A stretch of 29,415 nt of DNA from Patescibacteria group bacterium (GTDB lineage: Bacteria > Patescibacteriota > Kazan-3B-28 > UBA10110): NCBI GenBank assembly GCA_034658875.1, contig JAYEGB010000054.1, positions 1 to 29,415 on the forward strand. The letters are read 5' to 3'. The position numbers and the translations under genes are program-made. Under the pieces are notes generated by a model that saw only the letters and a list, made by a program, of their open reading frames with translations, did no database searches and had not been told where the DNA came from. The first letter of the stretch is position 1; every line of letters starts with the position of its first letter. Below are positions 1 to 7,565 of this stretch, piece by piece.

Positions 1-47
1 ACCTGCTGTACCAGCCAGGGTAAAAACTTATACCAAATACAAATGTA

Positions 48-134
48 TTACCTGATAAAGGCCGCAAAATAAAGAACAAGCAAAATTATTCCAGATCCAA
101 CTGCTAATACTATAAGTCCCAAATTATTCCCCAT
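48..134 (-). CDS. Possible 28-aa single-TM micropeptide (MGNNLGLIVLAVGSGIILLVLYFAAFIR)
   Basis: ATG 3 nt after the stop of the upstream HAD gene; one hydrophobic helix; TAA at 48-50. Could instead be the frameshifted start of a gene running off the window edge. Confidence 0.3.
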   Translation of the reverse strand: MGNNLGLIVLAVGSGIILLVLYFAAFIR

Positions 135-137
135 AAC

Positions 138-752
138 CTAATTCTCTACTGCAACCAAGAAACTTTCAATATATTTAGTAGCATCTCCCCAAGAATAAGC
201 TCTTTTTACATTTTCTGTCTCCTGTATTTCTTTGTTCCAAGGTTTGTCGAGAATAATAACCTTAATATTATTTTCAACTAAAGCCTCTATGTGCTGTGGG
301 TTGTCATCAACAATAACCCCGCACCCTATATTTTTACAAATCTCCCCCTTACTTAACCCTGACGCACCGTCGATAGGATAATGATTACCGAACAAAATGC
401 CTTTAAATAATCCCGCAAAATTTCTACTAATCCAATCATGAGTTTTTTCTTGAACAACATTTTGTCTGGCAGTCACTAAATATAAATCATGCTGTTTAGA
501 CAAATTTTCTACCCACTCTTTGGCACCACTTGATACTGGCAAATCATTGAATTGGTTCGTTCTAAAAAATTCGTGGACAGCCTCAATCGCTTCTTCGTCA
601 CTTACATCCATCCAATTTGACCAGTGGTAATCTTTAAAATCATTAAAATCATAGTTTGTTCCAAGTTTTATGTTGTACCACTTCAAAAATTCCGCTACGA
701 AACTAGACAAAACATCGTCTAGGTCTATGGCAATTTTTACTCGATTTTGCAT
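138..752 (-). CDS. HAD-superfamily 5'(3')-deoxyribonucleotidase (NT5C-like)
   Basis: Motif I IAIDLDDVL, motif II VTAR, motif IV IVDDNP, C-terminal KPWN. Start moved from 827 to ATG 752 because the longer ORF runs through a terminator, and TATAAT lies 6 nt before ATG 752. Confidence 0.85.
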   Translation of the reverse strand: MQNRVKIAIDLDDVLSSFVAEFLKWYNIKLGTNYDFNDFKDYHWSNWMDVSDEEAIEAVHEFFRTNQFNDLPVSSGAKEWVENLSKQHDLYLVTARQNVVQEKTHDWISRNFAGLFKGILFGNHYPIDGASGLSKGEICKNIGCGVIVDDNPQHIEALVENNIKVIILDKPWNKEIQETENVKRAYSWGDATKYIESFLVAVEN

Positions 753-770
753 GCCTTCATTATAAACAAT

Positions 771-800
771 AAAAAAAAGCCCACGGGATTCCGTGGGCTT
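771..800 (-). terminator. Intrinsic terminator of the 820..1161 gene
   Basis: 10-bp stem AAGCCCACGG-AATC-CCGTGGGCTT followed by a U-tract on the minus strand. Confidence 0.85.
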
Positions 801-819
801 GCGGGGCACAAACCTAACT

Positions 820-1161
820 TCAGCCAATTCTCCGTAATTTAGGCTTTACGGCATCCGAAGCTTCGGAAATCTGTTTGGCGATTTCAGAACAAAGCCGGAA
901 GGCAATAAATCTTATTAAAAATTTATTGTTGCCCGGAGATTCTTGGTGACACTCTCGTACCAATCGAGCTAATCCAGGATTAGTATTTTCGAGACGCCTC
1001 TTTAGAGCTGTTAGCTCGCTATTCGAGAAAGATCTTATTAACTCCCCAACATCTTCTTCGGTAGATTCTCCATTAGAAATTTTGTCTAACGGTATTTGGG
1101 GAATATTTGATAGAATTTCGAGAGCTTTTTCCACTCTCGGATTTGGTAAACGAATACTCAT
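820..1161 (-). CDS. Hypothetical protein, 113 aa
   Basis: Strong SD AAGGAGG upstream, own promoter and terminator; no family recognised. Confidence 0.7.
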   Translation of the reverse strand: MSIRLPNPRVEKALEILSNIPQIPLDKISNGESTEEDVGELIRSFSNSELTALKRRLENTNPGLARLVRECHQESPGNNKFLIRFIAFRLCSEIAKQISEASDAVKPKLRRIG

Positions 1162-1205
1162 ACTTTATAAGTCTCCTCCTTAAAGGTGCATTTTCACAGG
1201 ATTAT

Positions 1206-1235
1206 ATAATAAACAACAATTACAACAAATGTCAA
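1206..1235 (-). promoter_or_regulatory. Sigma70-type promoter for 820..1161
   Basis: TTGACA-18 nt-TATTAT on the minus strand. Confidence 0.55.
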
Positions 1236-1256
1236 TAGTATTTGTATGTATTACTA

Positions 1257-1281
1257 AAACGGCTCATCAAATGAGCCGTTT
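1257..1281. repeat. AACGGCTCA palindrome, copy 1
   Basis: AAACGGCTCAT-CAA-ATGAGCCGTTT; may double as terminator of 1304..1567. Confidence 0.85.
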
Positions 1282-1303
1282 ATTTTTGGATTATTTACTT
1301 GAT

Positions 1304-1567
1304 TTACAGAGGCAACTCACCCACATCAACAAGATCTAGATCTTCAGTTAAACCCTCTAGATCTAAGACCGTATCATCAATTGCACTATCGGCCTCAGTT
1401 TCGGTGACAACTGGTTCGTCAGTAGTTGTTTCATCCGTCACTTCCTCAGAGACTACTTCTTCATTGGTTGGCAATAAATTTTCTGTGGTGCTTATATTAT
1501 TAGCTACCCAAACCACCGCCAAAACCAGGATTACGAGTAAAAATATAGTGTAGAACATGTTTTTCAT
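1304..1567 (-). CDS. Small membrane-anchored acidic protein, 87 aa
   Basis: N-terminal hydrophobic helix then an E/D/T-rich region; TATAAT upstream. Confidence 0.75.
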   Translation of the reverse strand: MKNMFYTIFLLVILVLAVVWVANNISTTENLLPTNEEVVSEEVTDETTTDEPVVTETEADSAIDDTVLDLEGLTEDLDLVDVGELPL

Positions 1568-1621
1568 AGCAATTCATCTTAACAATAAGCCAAATATCAC
1601 CTTAATTATACCTTAAACCCG

Positions 1622-1644
1622 AACGGCTCATAAATGAGCCGTTT
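1622..1644. repeat. AACGGCTCA palindrome, copy 2
   Basis: AACGGCTCAT-AA-ATGAGCCGTTT, between divergent genes. Confidence 0.85.
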
Positions 1645-1689
1645 GAAAAAAAGACCATTTACACCTATCATATTGAGGTAAGAAAGCCT

Positions 1690-1779
1690 GGAGAGGTCGC
1701 ATAGTGGCCTAGTGCGCTCGCTTGGAAAGCGAGTATACCCGCAAGGGTATCGCGGGTTCGAATCCCGCCCTCTCCGCCA
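1690..1779 (+). tRNA. tRNA-Ser(GGA)
   Basis: Acceptor stem GGAGAGG/CCTCTCC, anticodon arm CTCGC-TTGGAAA-GCGAG, long variable arm, TTCGAAT T-loop, encoded CCA. Confidence 0.98.
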
Positions 1780-1978
1780 CAAAACAGATAAGCTCTTTAG
1801 AAATTGTCTGTTTTGTATTGTGTGCTAGGTGGGGTTCGAGCCCGGGAAAGGGGTCGGGAAAACGGTAGTTTTCCTGTGGTGGAAACAGCTTTTATGTCGC
1901 AGATTAAAAGCGTTAAAACCGCAAGGTTTTAAGGAGAAACTTTAGTGACGACGGTTTGTATTCCCGCCCTCTCCGCCA
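1780..1978 (+). mobile_element. 199-bp non-coding structured element ending in a 17-bp repeat of the tRNA-Ser 3' end (att-like, non-autonomous)
   Basis: TCCCGCCCTCTCCGCCA at 1763-1779 and 1962-1978; four internal hairpins; no ORF. Mobility is inferred, not shown. Confidence 0.6.
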
Positions 1979-2016
1979 GTTGGCGGATGCCGGGACAAAT
2001 GGTAGCGAAAGAAATT

Positions 2017-2046
2017 CTGGATCCCTGGGTCAAGCCCGGGGATGAC
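2017..2046. repeat. GTCAT/ATGAC-tagged REP-like palindrome, single arm
   Basis: CTGGATCCCTGGGTCAAGCCCGGGGATGAC, resembling the CTGGAT-hairpin-ATGAC arm of CGTC/GTCAT-tagged bacterial repeats. Confidence 0.7.
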
Positions 2047-2075
2047 AAAGAAATACGAGAATGATAGGTATGGGA

Positions 2076-2104
2076 TTGACTAAAAACAGAATATCTCCTA
2101 TACT
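2076..2104 (+). promoter_or_regulatory. Sigma70 promoter of the rpsF operon
   Basis: TTGACT-17 nt-TATACT. Confidence 0.8.
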
Positions 2105-2124
2105 CACCTTACATTATTAACTAA

Positions 2125-2164
2125 CCTTTTCCCCCGAAAAATCGGGGTTCCCCATGGGAAAGGA
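2125..2164 (+). promoter_or_regulatory. Candidate S6:S18 autoregulatory leader
   Basis: Hairpin CCCCG-AAAAAT-CGGGG on a lower stem that includes the SD-like GGAAAGG, with a 3'-side bulge containing CCCC. Confidence 0.55.
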
Positions 2165-2176
2165 AATTTTTTTACT

Positions 2177-2728
2177 ATGGAAGACAACTACACAAACACC
2201 TATGAGCTCACCTTGCTATTTTCTCCAGATTTATCTGAAATCGATCTGGCAAAAGCAATAGATAAGGTGAAAAAAAGCATCTCCTCTAAAGAAGGAGATA
2301 TCAAGAAAGAACACAGCTGGGGCAAGAAAAAGCTTGCCTACCGTATAAAGAAACTGGAGTTTGGTAATTACCACACTCTTGTGTATACAATGCCGAAAGA
2401 AAGTGTAAATGAGATAATCAGAGAGCTAGAGCTCTCCTCAGATGTTCTGCGCCACATGAACCTCTCTCTTGAAAAAGAAGGTATTACAATTGACGATCTC
2501 TTCACCCCAGAAAAAGAAACAGCTATGATTGCGGCTTCAGTTAAAGAAAAGATGGATCCTAAAACTGCTACTGTCAAAAAAGAAGGGAAGAAAGTTACAG
2601 AAAAGCCAAAAACCGAAGAAAAAAAGATAGAAGAACCAAAGGAAAAACTTTCCCCAGAAGAACAAGAAAAACGTCGCAAAGAATTAGACGAAAAATTAAG
2701 TGAATTATTAGAAGATAAAGAAGAATAG
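2177..2728 (+). CDS. rpsF: 30S ribosomal protein S6 with charged C-terminal extension
   Basis: YELTLLF, WGKKKLAYRIKK, VLRH motifs; rpsF-ssb-rpsR synteny. Confidence 0.97.
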   Translation: MEDNYTNTYELTLLFSPDLSEIDLAKAIDKVKKSISSKEGDIKKEHSWGKKKLAYRIKKLEFGNYHTLVYTMPKESVNEIIRELELSSDVLRHMNLSLEKEGITIDDLFTPEKETAMIAASVKEKMDPKTATVKKEGKKVTEKPKTEEKKIEEPKEKLSPEEQEKRRKELDEKLSELLEDKEE

Positions 2729-2763
2729 AGAAATAAAAACTCTATTAAATAATAGAAAACATC

Positions 2764-3243
2764 ATGCGCGACTTAAATAAAGCAATGGTTATTGGTAATA
2801 TGACTCGCGATCCAGAAATTCGTCAGATTCCTTCTGGACAAAGCGTAGCTTCATTTGCCGTTGCTACTAATCGTAGTTGGAACGATGCTTCCGGAGAGCT
2901 CCAGAAGGCCGTTGAATACACCGAAGTAGTAGCTTGGGGAAAATTAGCAGAAATCGCTGGCCAAATATTAAAAAAAGGCCGTAGGGTTTATGTAGAAGGC
3001 CGTCTCCAAACTCGCAACTGGGAAGGCCAAGATGGCGTTAAGCGCTATCGCACCGAGGTAATTGCTTCCGATCTTATTGTGTTGGACCGCCCACCAAACA
3101 TTGGCTTTAATGGAAACAACGAAACAACCACAAAAGCAACTTCCATGCCGCAAACCCAAGCCCAACCAGTTACTCCAGCCGCTTCCCCAGCTCCTAAAAC
3201 CAATACTCCAGAAGAAATAGATATAGAAGATATTCCATTTTAA
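2764..3243 (+). CDS. ssb: Single-stranded DNA-binding protein
   Basis: LNKAMVIGN..RDPE, VYVEGRLQTR, C-terminal DIPF. Confidence 0.98.
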   Translation: MRDLNKAMVIGNMTRDPEIRQIPSGQSVASFAVATNRSWNDASGELQKAVEYTEVVAWGKLAEIAGQILKKGRRVYVEGRLQTRNWEGQDGVKRYRTEVIASDLIVLDRPPNIGFNGNNETTTKATSMPQTQAQPVTPAASPAPKTNTPEEIDIEDIPF

Positions 3244-3253
3244 ATAAATAGAT

Positions 3254-3511
3254 ATGGCATTCAAGAAAAGAAAAAACAAAGCCACATTCCCCCGCTATAC
3301 AAAGACGGTTAAAAAGTACTGCCATTTTTGTAAAGAAGATATCGAATACATCGACTACAAAAATGCCAAACTTATGTCAAAATATCTATCTCGATATATG
3401 AAGATAGAACCTCGTCGCAGAAGCGGAAACTGTGCTAAACACCAACGCTATATGTCTACCGCCCTAAAACGTGCTCGTCACATGGCCTTGGTTCCATTCA
3501 CCCTTTATTAG
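3254..3511 (+). CDS. rpsR: 30S ribosomal protein S18, zinc-binding C+ type
   Basis: CHFC, IDYK, GNCAKHQR, KRARHMALVPF. Confidence 0.98.
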   Translation: MAFKKRKNKATFPRYTKTVKKYCHFCKEDIEYIDYKNAKLMSKYLSRYMKIEPRRRSGNCAKHQRYMSTALKRARHMALVPFTLY

Positions 3512-3518
3512 AGACCCT

Positions 3519-4082
3519 ATGCTTGATATTACCGATCTTAAAACTGGCGTAATCATCGAACTAGATAACGCTCCATATGAAGTGGTACGTTATCAGCATG
3601 CCAAACTTGGTCGTGGTGGCGCCATTATGCGAACTACTTTAAAAAATTTGCTTACCGGAACCAATATCGAAAAAACCTTTAGAGGTGATAGCGAAAAACT
3701 TATGCCGGCCGATGTAAATCGAGGCAAGGCCCAGTATCTATACAAAGATGGTGGAAGCTTTACTTTTATGGACAGCACTACTTTTGATCAATTCAATATT
3801 GAAAGCAGCGTTATTGGCACCAGTAAAAACTACCTTAAAGAAGGTATGGAAGTAAACTTGGTTTACTACAAAGGTAATCCCATTAGCATTCAGCTTCCGT
3901 TAAAGATGAAATTTAAAATAATCGAAGCCGAGCCAGCCGTAAAGGGAAACACCGTAAATAACCCCACCAAAAACGCTACTATCGAATCGGGGCTTTCACT
4001 AAAAGTCCCTATGTTTATAAAAATTGGTGATATTATTTTAGTAGATACTCGCAATGGATCTTATTTAGAAAGAGCAAACTAA
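3519..4082 (+). CDS. efp: Elongation factor P
   Basis: KLGRGGA loop, NLLTG, FMD..TFDQ, KGNT, VPMFI..GD, VDTR..Y..RA. Start set at ATG 3519. Confidence 0.97.
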   Translation: MLDITDLKTGVIIELDNAPYEVVRYQHAKLGRGGAIMRTTLKNLLTGTNIEKTFRGDSEKLMPADVNRGKAQYLYKDGGSFTFMDSTTFDQFNIESSVIGTSKNYLKEGMEVNLVYYKGNPISIQLPLKMKFKIIEAEPAVKGNTVNNPTKNATIESGLSLKVPMFIKIGDIILVDTRNGSYLERAN

Positions 4083-4318
4083 TGACTGAGATACCTGAAG
4101 AAAAAATAGACAAACTTCTTAAATATCAAGAAAAGCAAGTCTCTTTGAAGTTTAACTTTTACCGAGGCATTGTTTATGGATTTGGGTTCTTTATTGGTTC
4201 TGCCGTATTGGTCGGATTTCTATTTTACATCCTTTCGTTGGTAGATACGGTACCAATATTGGGAGACTTCACCGTTAGAATTGTTGAATTTGTACAAGAA
4301 CACCAAGCTTTGCGTTAA
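4082..4318 (+). CDS. Small membrane protein, DUF5665-like
   Basis: NFYRGIVYGFGFFIG pattern and a TM helix; TAATG overlap with efp. Confidence 0.7.
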   Translation: MTEIPEEKIDKLLKYQEKQVSLKFNFYRGIVYGFGFFIGSAVLVGFLFYILSLVDTVPILGDFTVRIVEFVQEHQALR

Positions 4319-4330
4319 TTAAGTTTATTT

Positions 4331-5419
4331 ATGTTAAAAATTGGAATAGTAGGATTACCAAACGTCGGAAAATCGACGCTTTTTAATGCCCTGATGGGCA
4401 AAGCCCAGGCTGCTGCTAGCAACTTTCCTTTTTGTACTATCGAACCAAATGTTGGTAGCGTACCAGTGCCAGATGAGCGACTAAATGTATTAGCCGATTT
4501 TGAAAAAAGCGAAAAAGTTATCCCAACTGCCATAGAATTTGTCGATATTGCTGGGCTTGTAAAAGGTGCTAGCGAAGGACAAGGTTTGGGGAACCAGTTT
4601 TTATCTCATATTCGTGAGGTCGATGCCATTATCGAAGTTGTTCGTTTGTTTGAAAACAGTAACATTACCCATGTTGGTGGCAAAATAGACCCCAAGGACG
4701 ATGCCGACACCATTGGTACCGAGCTACTCTTGGCCGATATCCAATCTCTCGAAAAAAGAGTTATCAAAATGGAGAAAGAAGCTAAAACCGACCCATCTTT
4801 AAAACCCCAATTCGACTTCTATTTAAAATTAAAACAATATCTAGATGCTGGCAGTGCTGCAAGATCATTAGAGCTAAGCGACAAAGAAAAAGTTTGGATG
4901 AAAGAAATGTTTTTACTTACCAACAAACCAATTTTATATGTTGCGAATGTAGACGAAAATCAGCTAAAGGACGCTGGGATTGCCCAAGAGATAGCCAACA
5001 AATTGGGAGTTAGTGAAAACGAAGTTTTGATTGTAAATGCCAAAGCCGAAGAAGATATAGCTGCTCTCTCCCCCGAAGACCAAAAAAGTTTCTTGGATGA
5101 TTTAGGTTTAGCTGAGCCAGGACTTAATAAAATAATTCGAGCCGGTTATGCTCTTTTAGACCTTATCACCTTCCTAACAGCCGGACCAAAAGAAACTCGT
5201 GCCTGGACAATCGAAAAAGGAGCCAAGGCCCCACAGGCTGCTGGAGTAATCCACACAGATTTTGAAAAAGGCTTCATAAGAGCCGAGGTTATTTCCTTTG
5301 ACGACATAAAAGAAGCTGGTGGTTGGAAAGAAGCAAGCAGCCTAGGTAAATTACGCCAAGAAGGTAAGGATTACATCTTTCAAGATGGCGATGTCACTCA
5401 CTTCAAATTTAATGTTTAG
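4331..5419 (+). CDS. ychF: Redox-regulated ATPase YchF (OBG family)
   Basis: GIVGLPNVGKSTLFN, NFPFCTIEPN, DIAGLVKGAS, C-terminal TGS domain with APQAAGVIHTDF. Confidence 0.98.
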   Translation: MLKIGIVGLPNVGKSTLFNALMGKAQAAASNFPFCTIEPNVGSVPVPDERLNVLADFEKSEKVIPTAIEFVDIAGLVKGASEGQGLGNQFLSHIREVDAIIEVVRLFENSNITHVGGKIDPKDDADTIGTELLLADIQSLEKRVIKMEKEAKTDPSLKPQFDFYLKLKQYLDAGSAARSLELSDKEKVWMKEMFLLTNKPILYVANVDENQLKDAGIAQEIANKLGVSENEVLIVNAKAEEDIAALSPEDQKSFLDDLGLAEPGLNKIIRAGYALLDLITFLTAGPKETRAWTIEKGAKAPQAAGVIHTDFEKGFIRAEVISFDDIKEAGGWKEASSLGKLRQEGKDYIFQDGDVTHFKFNV

Positions 5420-6866
5420 CCAAGTTCTTTTTTAACCTAGCAAACAAAAGGCCGAATAAAATTAGAATAATAGCTAAACCAAGCAACAGAAGCGATTTAG
5501 ATTGTTCAATTTCGTCTATAAATACCAGTGTTCCGTCCTCGCGTGGTTCTTGTGGAATACTTACAGAAAGCTCGCCGCCGGTAGACGGAAGTTTTGGTAA
5601 TAAATCTGGGGTCTTTGGATCAAATATTGGAGGGAAGAGTGGTGGTTTAAAGATTCCCCTGGGATCTTCTAGTATCTCTTTAAGAGTTTTTGGCAAAATA
5701 TTGAACTCCCAGACAGCATACTTATCTACCTCTAGCCAAGTAATGCCTTCGGCAACCGGACCAAAGTTTTCTGTATAACTTCCCGGAATCCACGGAGCTC
5801 TAATTTCAAACTCAAACCTCCCCACTGCCCCTGGAGGAACGGTTTTGTTAACCAGTGTTGGTCTGGCAGTTGAAACCCAAGACACATCGTAAAACAAACT
5901 AGTTCGATCAAAATCTAACACCGTACCCAAATAGCTTGGATTATCGCTATCATTAAACCAAGTAGCCGTACCGGTGTTTTTGTAATCTACCCAAAGCACA
6001 GAATCGTCACGAATTTGTAGACTAGGCACATCGGATTGGTTCATCCAAATGGCTTTGTAGGTTTCTGGCTCACCTCCAGTTGTTGGAGGGACAACTGGTG
6101 GAATATCCGGAGGTTGTGATGAAATGTCACCAGTTACAATAAGCGGTAAGTGGTAACAACCAAATAAATGATCTGAACTATAGGCACATACATAGTAATC
6201 ACCCGGAATAAATGTGTTAGAAGAAATAAATACCTCTAAATTACTACTATCTATGTAATTTGGACTAAATTGTTCCTGACCAATCTCTACCCAACCAGCC
6301 GGATCGAAATGAATACCGTTAATATCTAATGTGACTTGATCTAAATAATGAAAAGTAAGCGGGATGACACTATTGATTGCCGGATACTTTAAAAGTTTTT
6401 CACCACCACCTGGCGGGGGGGCTGGTGCTTCCGAAATTGTGAAAATAGCATCGGAGGTATCGGTAATCCCAGCAACCTGTGTGCTGGTAATTCTAACTAA
6501 TGCTTCCTCGGTAGTTGGTTCGGTAACAACCCAAGGATAACCTCCGTCATTTGAAGTGGATGCAATTAACTCACTCCAGACACCACCGCTAGCTCTTTGG
6601 ATCTCAATTTTCACATTAGCAATACTACCAGTACTATCCCAAGTAATATCTTGCTCAGAATCTACCTGCCAATCTTCACCACCATTAGGAGAAGTTACTG
6701 TAAGTGTTCCCGAGTCGGTAATGGTAAAACTAAGATCGGTAGTATCGGCAGCCGCCTGCACCCAAAAGATCCCAATTAGAACAAAAGATACAGCTAAAAT
6801 AGCTGTTAATTCCCCTTCGATAAGCTTAAGTGCCCATATTTTTAGCTTTTGTGTTTGTTTTTTCAC
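5409..6866 (-). CDS. Multi-domain surface protein, 485 aa
   Basis: N-terminal signal/TM; SPNGGE..W..ITW Ig-like module; IPT/TIG-like segment; NBR1-like Ig module (KNTGTATW..PPG..GRF.F...AP..PG.Y); Pro-rich linkers; C-terminal TM plus basic tail. Confidence 0.8.
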   Translation of the reverse strand: MKKQTQKLKIWALKLIEGELTAILAVSFVLIGIFWVQAAADTTDLSFTITDSGTLTVTSPNGGEDWQVDSEQDITWDSTGSIANVKIEIQRASGGVWSELIASTSNDGGYPWVVTEPTTEEALVRITSTQVAGITDTSDAIFTISEAPAPPPGGGEKLLKYPAINSVIPLTFHYLDQVTLDINGIHFDPAGWVEIGQEQFSPNYIDSSNLEVFISSNTFIPGDYYVCAYSSDHLFGCYHLPLIVTGDISSQPPDIPPVVPPTTGGEPETYKAIWMNQSDVPSLQIRDDSVLWVDYKNTGTATWFNDSDNPSYLGTVLDFDRTSLFYDVSWVSTARPTLVNKTVPPGAVGRFEFEIRAPWIPGSYTENFGPVAEGITWLEVDKYAVWEFNILPKTLKEILEDPRGIFKPPLFPPIFDPKTPDLLPKLPSTGGELSVSIPQEPREDGTLVFIDEIEQSKSLLLLGLAIILILFGLLFARLKKNLAKH

Positions 6867-6903
6867 TACATTTTCAAATAGTTTTTAAGCAGTTTATTAT
6901 AAT

Positions 6904-6932
6904 ATTATATCACTTTTAACTAATTTCGTCAA
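6904..6932 (-). promoter_or_regulatory. Sigma70 promoter of the surface protein gene
   Basis: TTGACG-17 nt-TATAAT with TGn extension. Confidence 0.85.
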
Positions 6933-7012
6933 TATGATTTCCTTATTAATTATATATACCAAAACACGGTATTTAAATGCTTAGCTAACTATCTAAATAC
7001 TCATATCTGGTT

Positions 7013-7564
7013 TTAAGAGATAAATTTAGAGTTTTCTAAATAAAATCGCCAAGGCTTATTGGCGTACTCCCCTGCGTAAGCCACTCCTCGTCTGGCACTT
7101 TTGCCAATACCACCTGGTTTTATCTTAAAGCCATCATCTTCTACCCATAAACCGATGCTTCCCCCTAAAGTTTTATTATTTAATTTTTTATCTATCTTCA
7201 GCTCACGGCAAAGTCTCCCTGGACCAACTGGGTAGCTTTTAGTTTCAAACAGAGGCTCCACCGCACGAATCAGTACTGCCTCGGGATGATCCTTCTCGCC
7301 TGTAACAAAGTTCAGACAATAATACATTCCGTAAATTAAATAAATATACAGCACCCCGGCCTTATTAAACATTGGTTCGGTTCGCTTTGTCCTACCTTTG
7401 TTGGCATGGTTTGCCAAATCTTTTGGGTGCAAATAGCTTTCGGTTTCGGTAATACGATACCGGTATTCTTTTCCCCCAATTTTTCGCACCAAAACCTTGC
7501 CCAAAAGTTTTTTCGCTATTTGGAGCGTGTTTTGTTTAAAAATATCTGAACCTATCTGCACCAT
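7013..7564 (-). CDS. DNA-3-methyladenine glycosylase, MPG/AAG family
   Basis: RITETESY, LYIYLIYGMYYCLNFV, AVLIRAVEP, GPGRLC. Start set at ATG 7564, directly after the upstream stop. Confidence 0.93.
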   Translation of the reverse strand: MVQIGSDIFKQNTLQIAKKLLGKVLVRKIGGKEYRYRITETESYLHPKDLANHANKGRTKRTEPMFNKAGVLYIYLIYGMYYCLNFVTGEKDHPEAVLIRAVEPLFETKSYPVGPGRLCRELKIDKKLNNKTLGGSIGLWVEDDGFKIKPGGIGKSARRGVAYAGEYANKPWRFYLENSKFIS

Positions 7565-7565
7565 T

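Noticed and set aside
753-827. N-terminal extension of the HAD ORF to 827
   Set aside because: It runs through a terminator hairpin and the neighbouring gene end; ATG 752 gives the normal HAD start.
1299-1553. 84-aa Ser/Val-rich plus-strand ORF
   Set aside because: Antisense shadow of the acidic 87-aa gene.
1780-1978. tmRNA, RNase P, SRP or group I intron identity for the post-tRNA element
   Set aside because: No tag ORF, no RNase P or group I core motifs, no SRP S-domain visible, and it lies outside the intact tRNA; an Rfam search is still needed to exclude these formally.
2368-3778. Minus-strand ORFs opposite rpsF, ssb and efp
   Set aside because: Antisense shadows of conserved genes with no recognisable motifs.
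5409-5419. Convergent overlap of ychF and the surface protein gene
   Set aside because: An 11-nt tail-to-tail overlap is ordinary in compact genomes.
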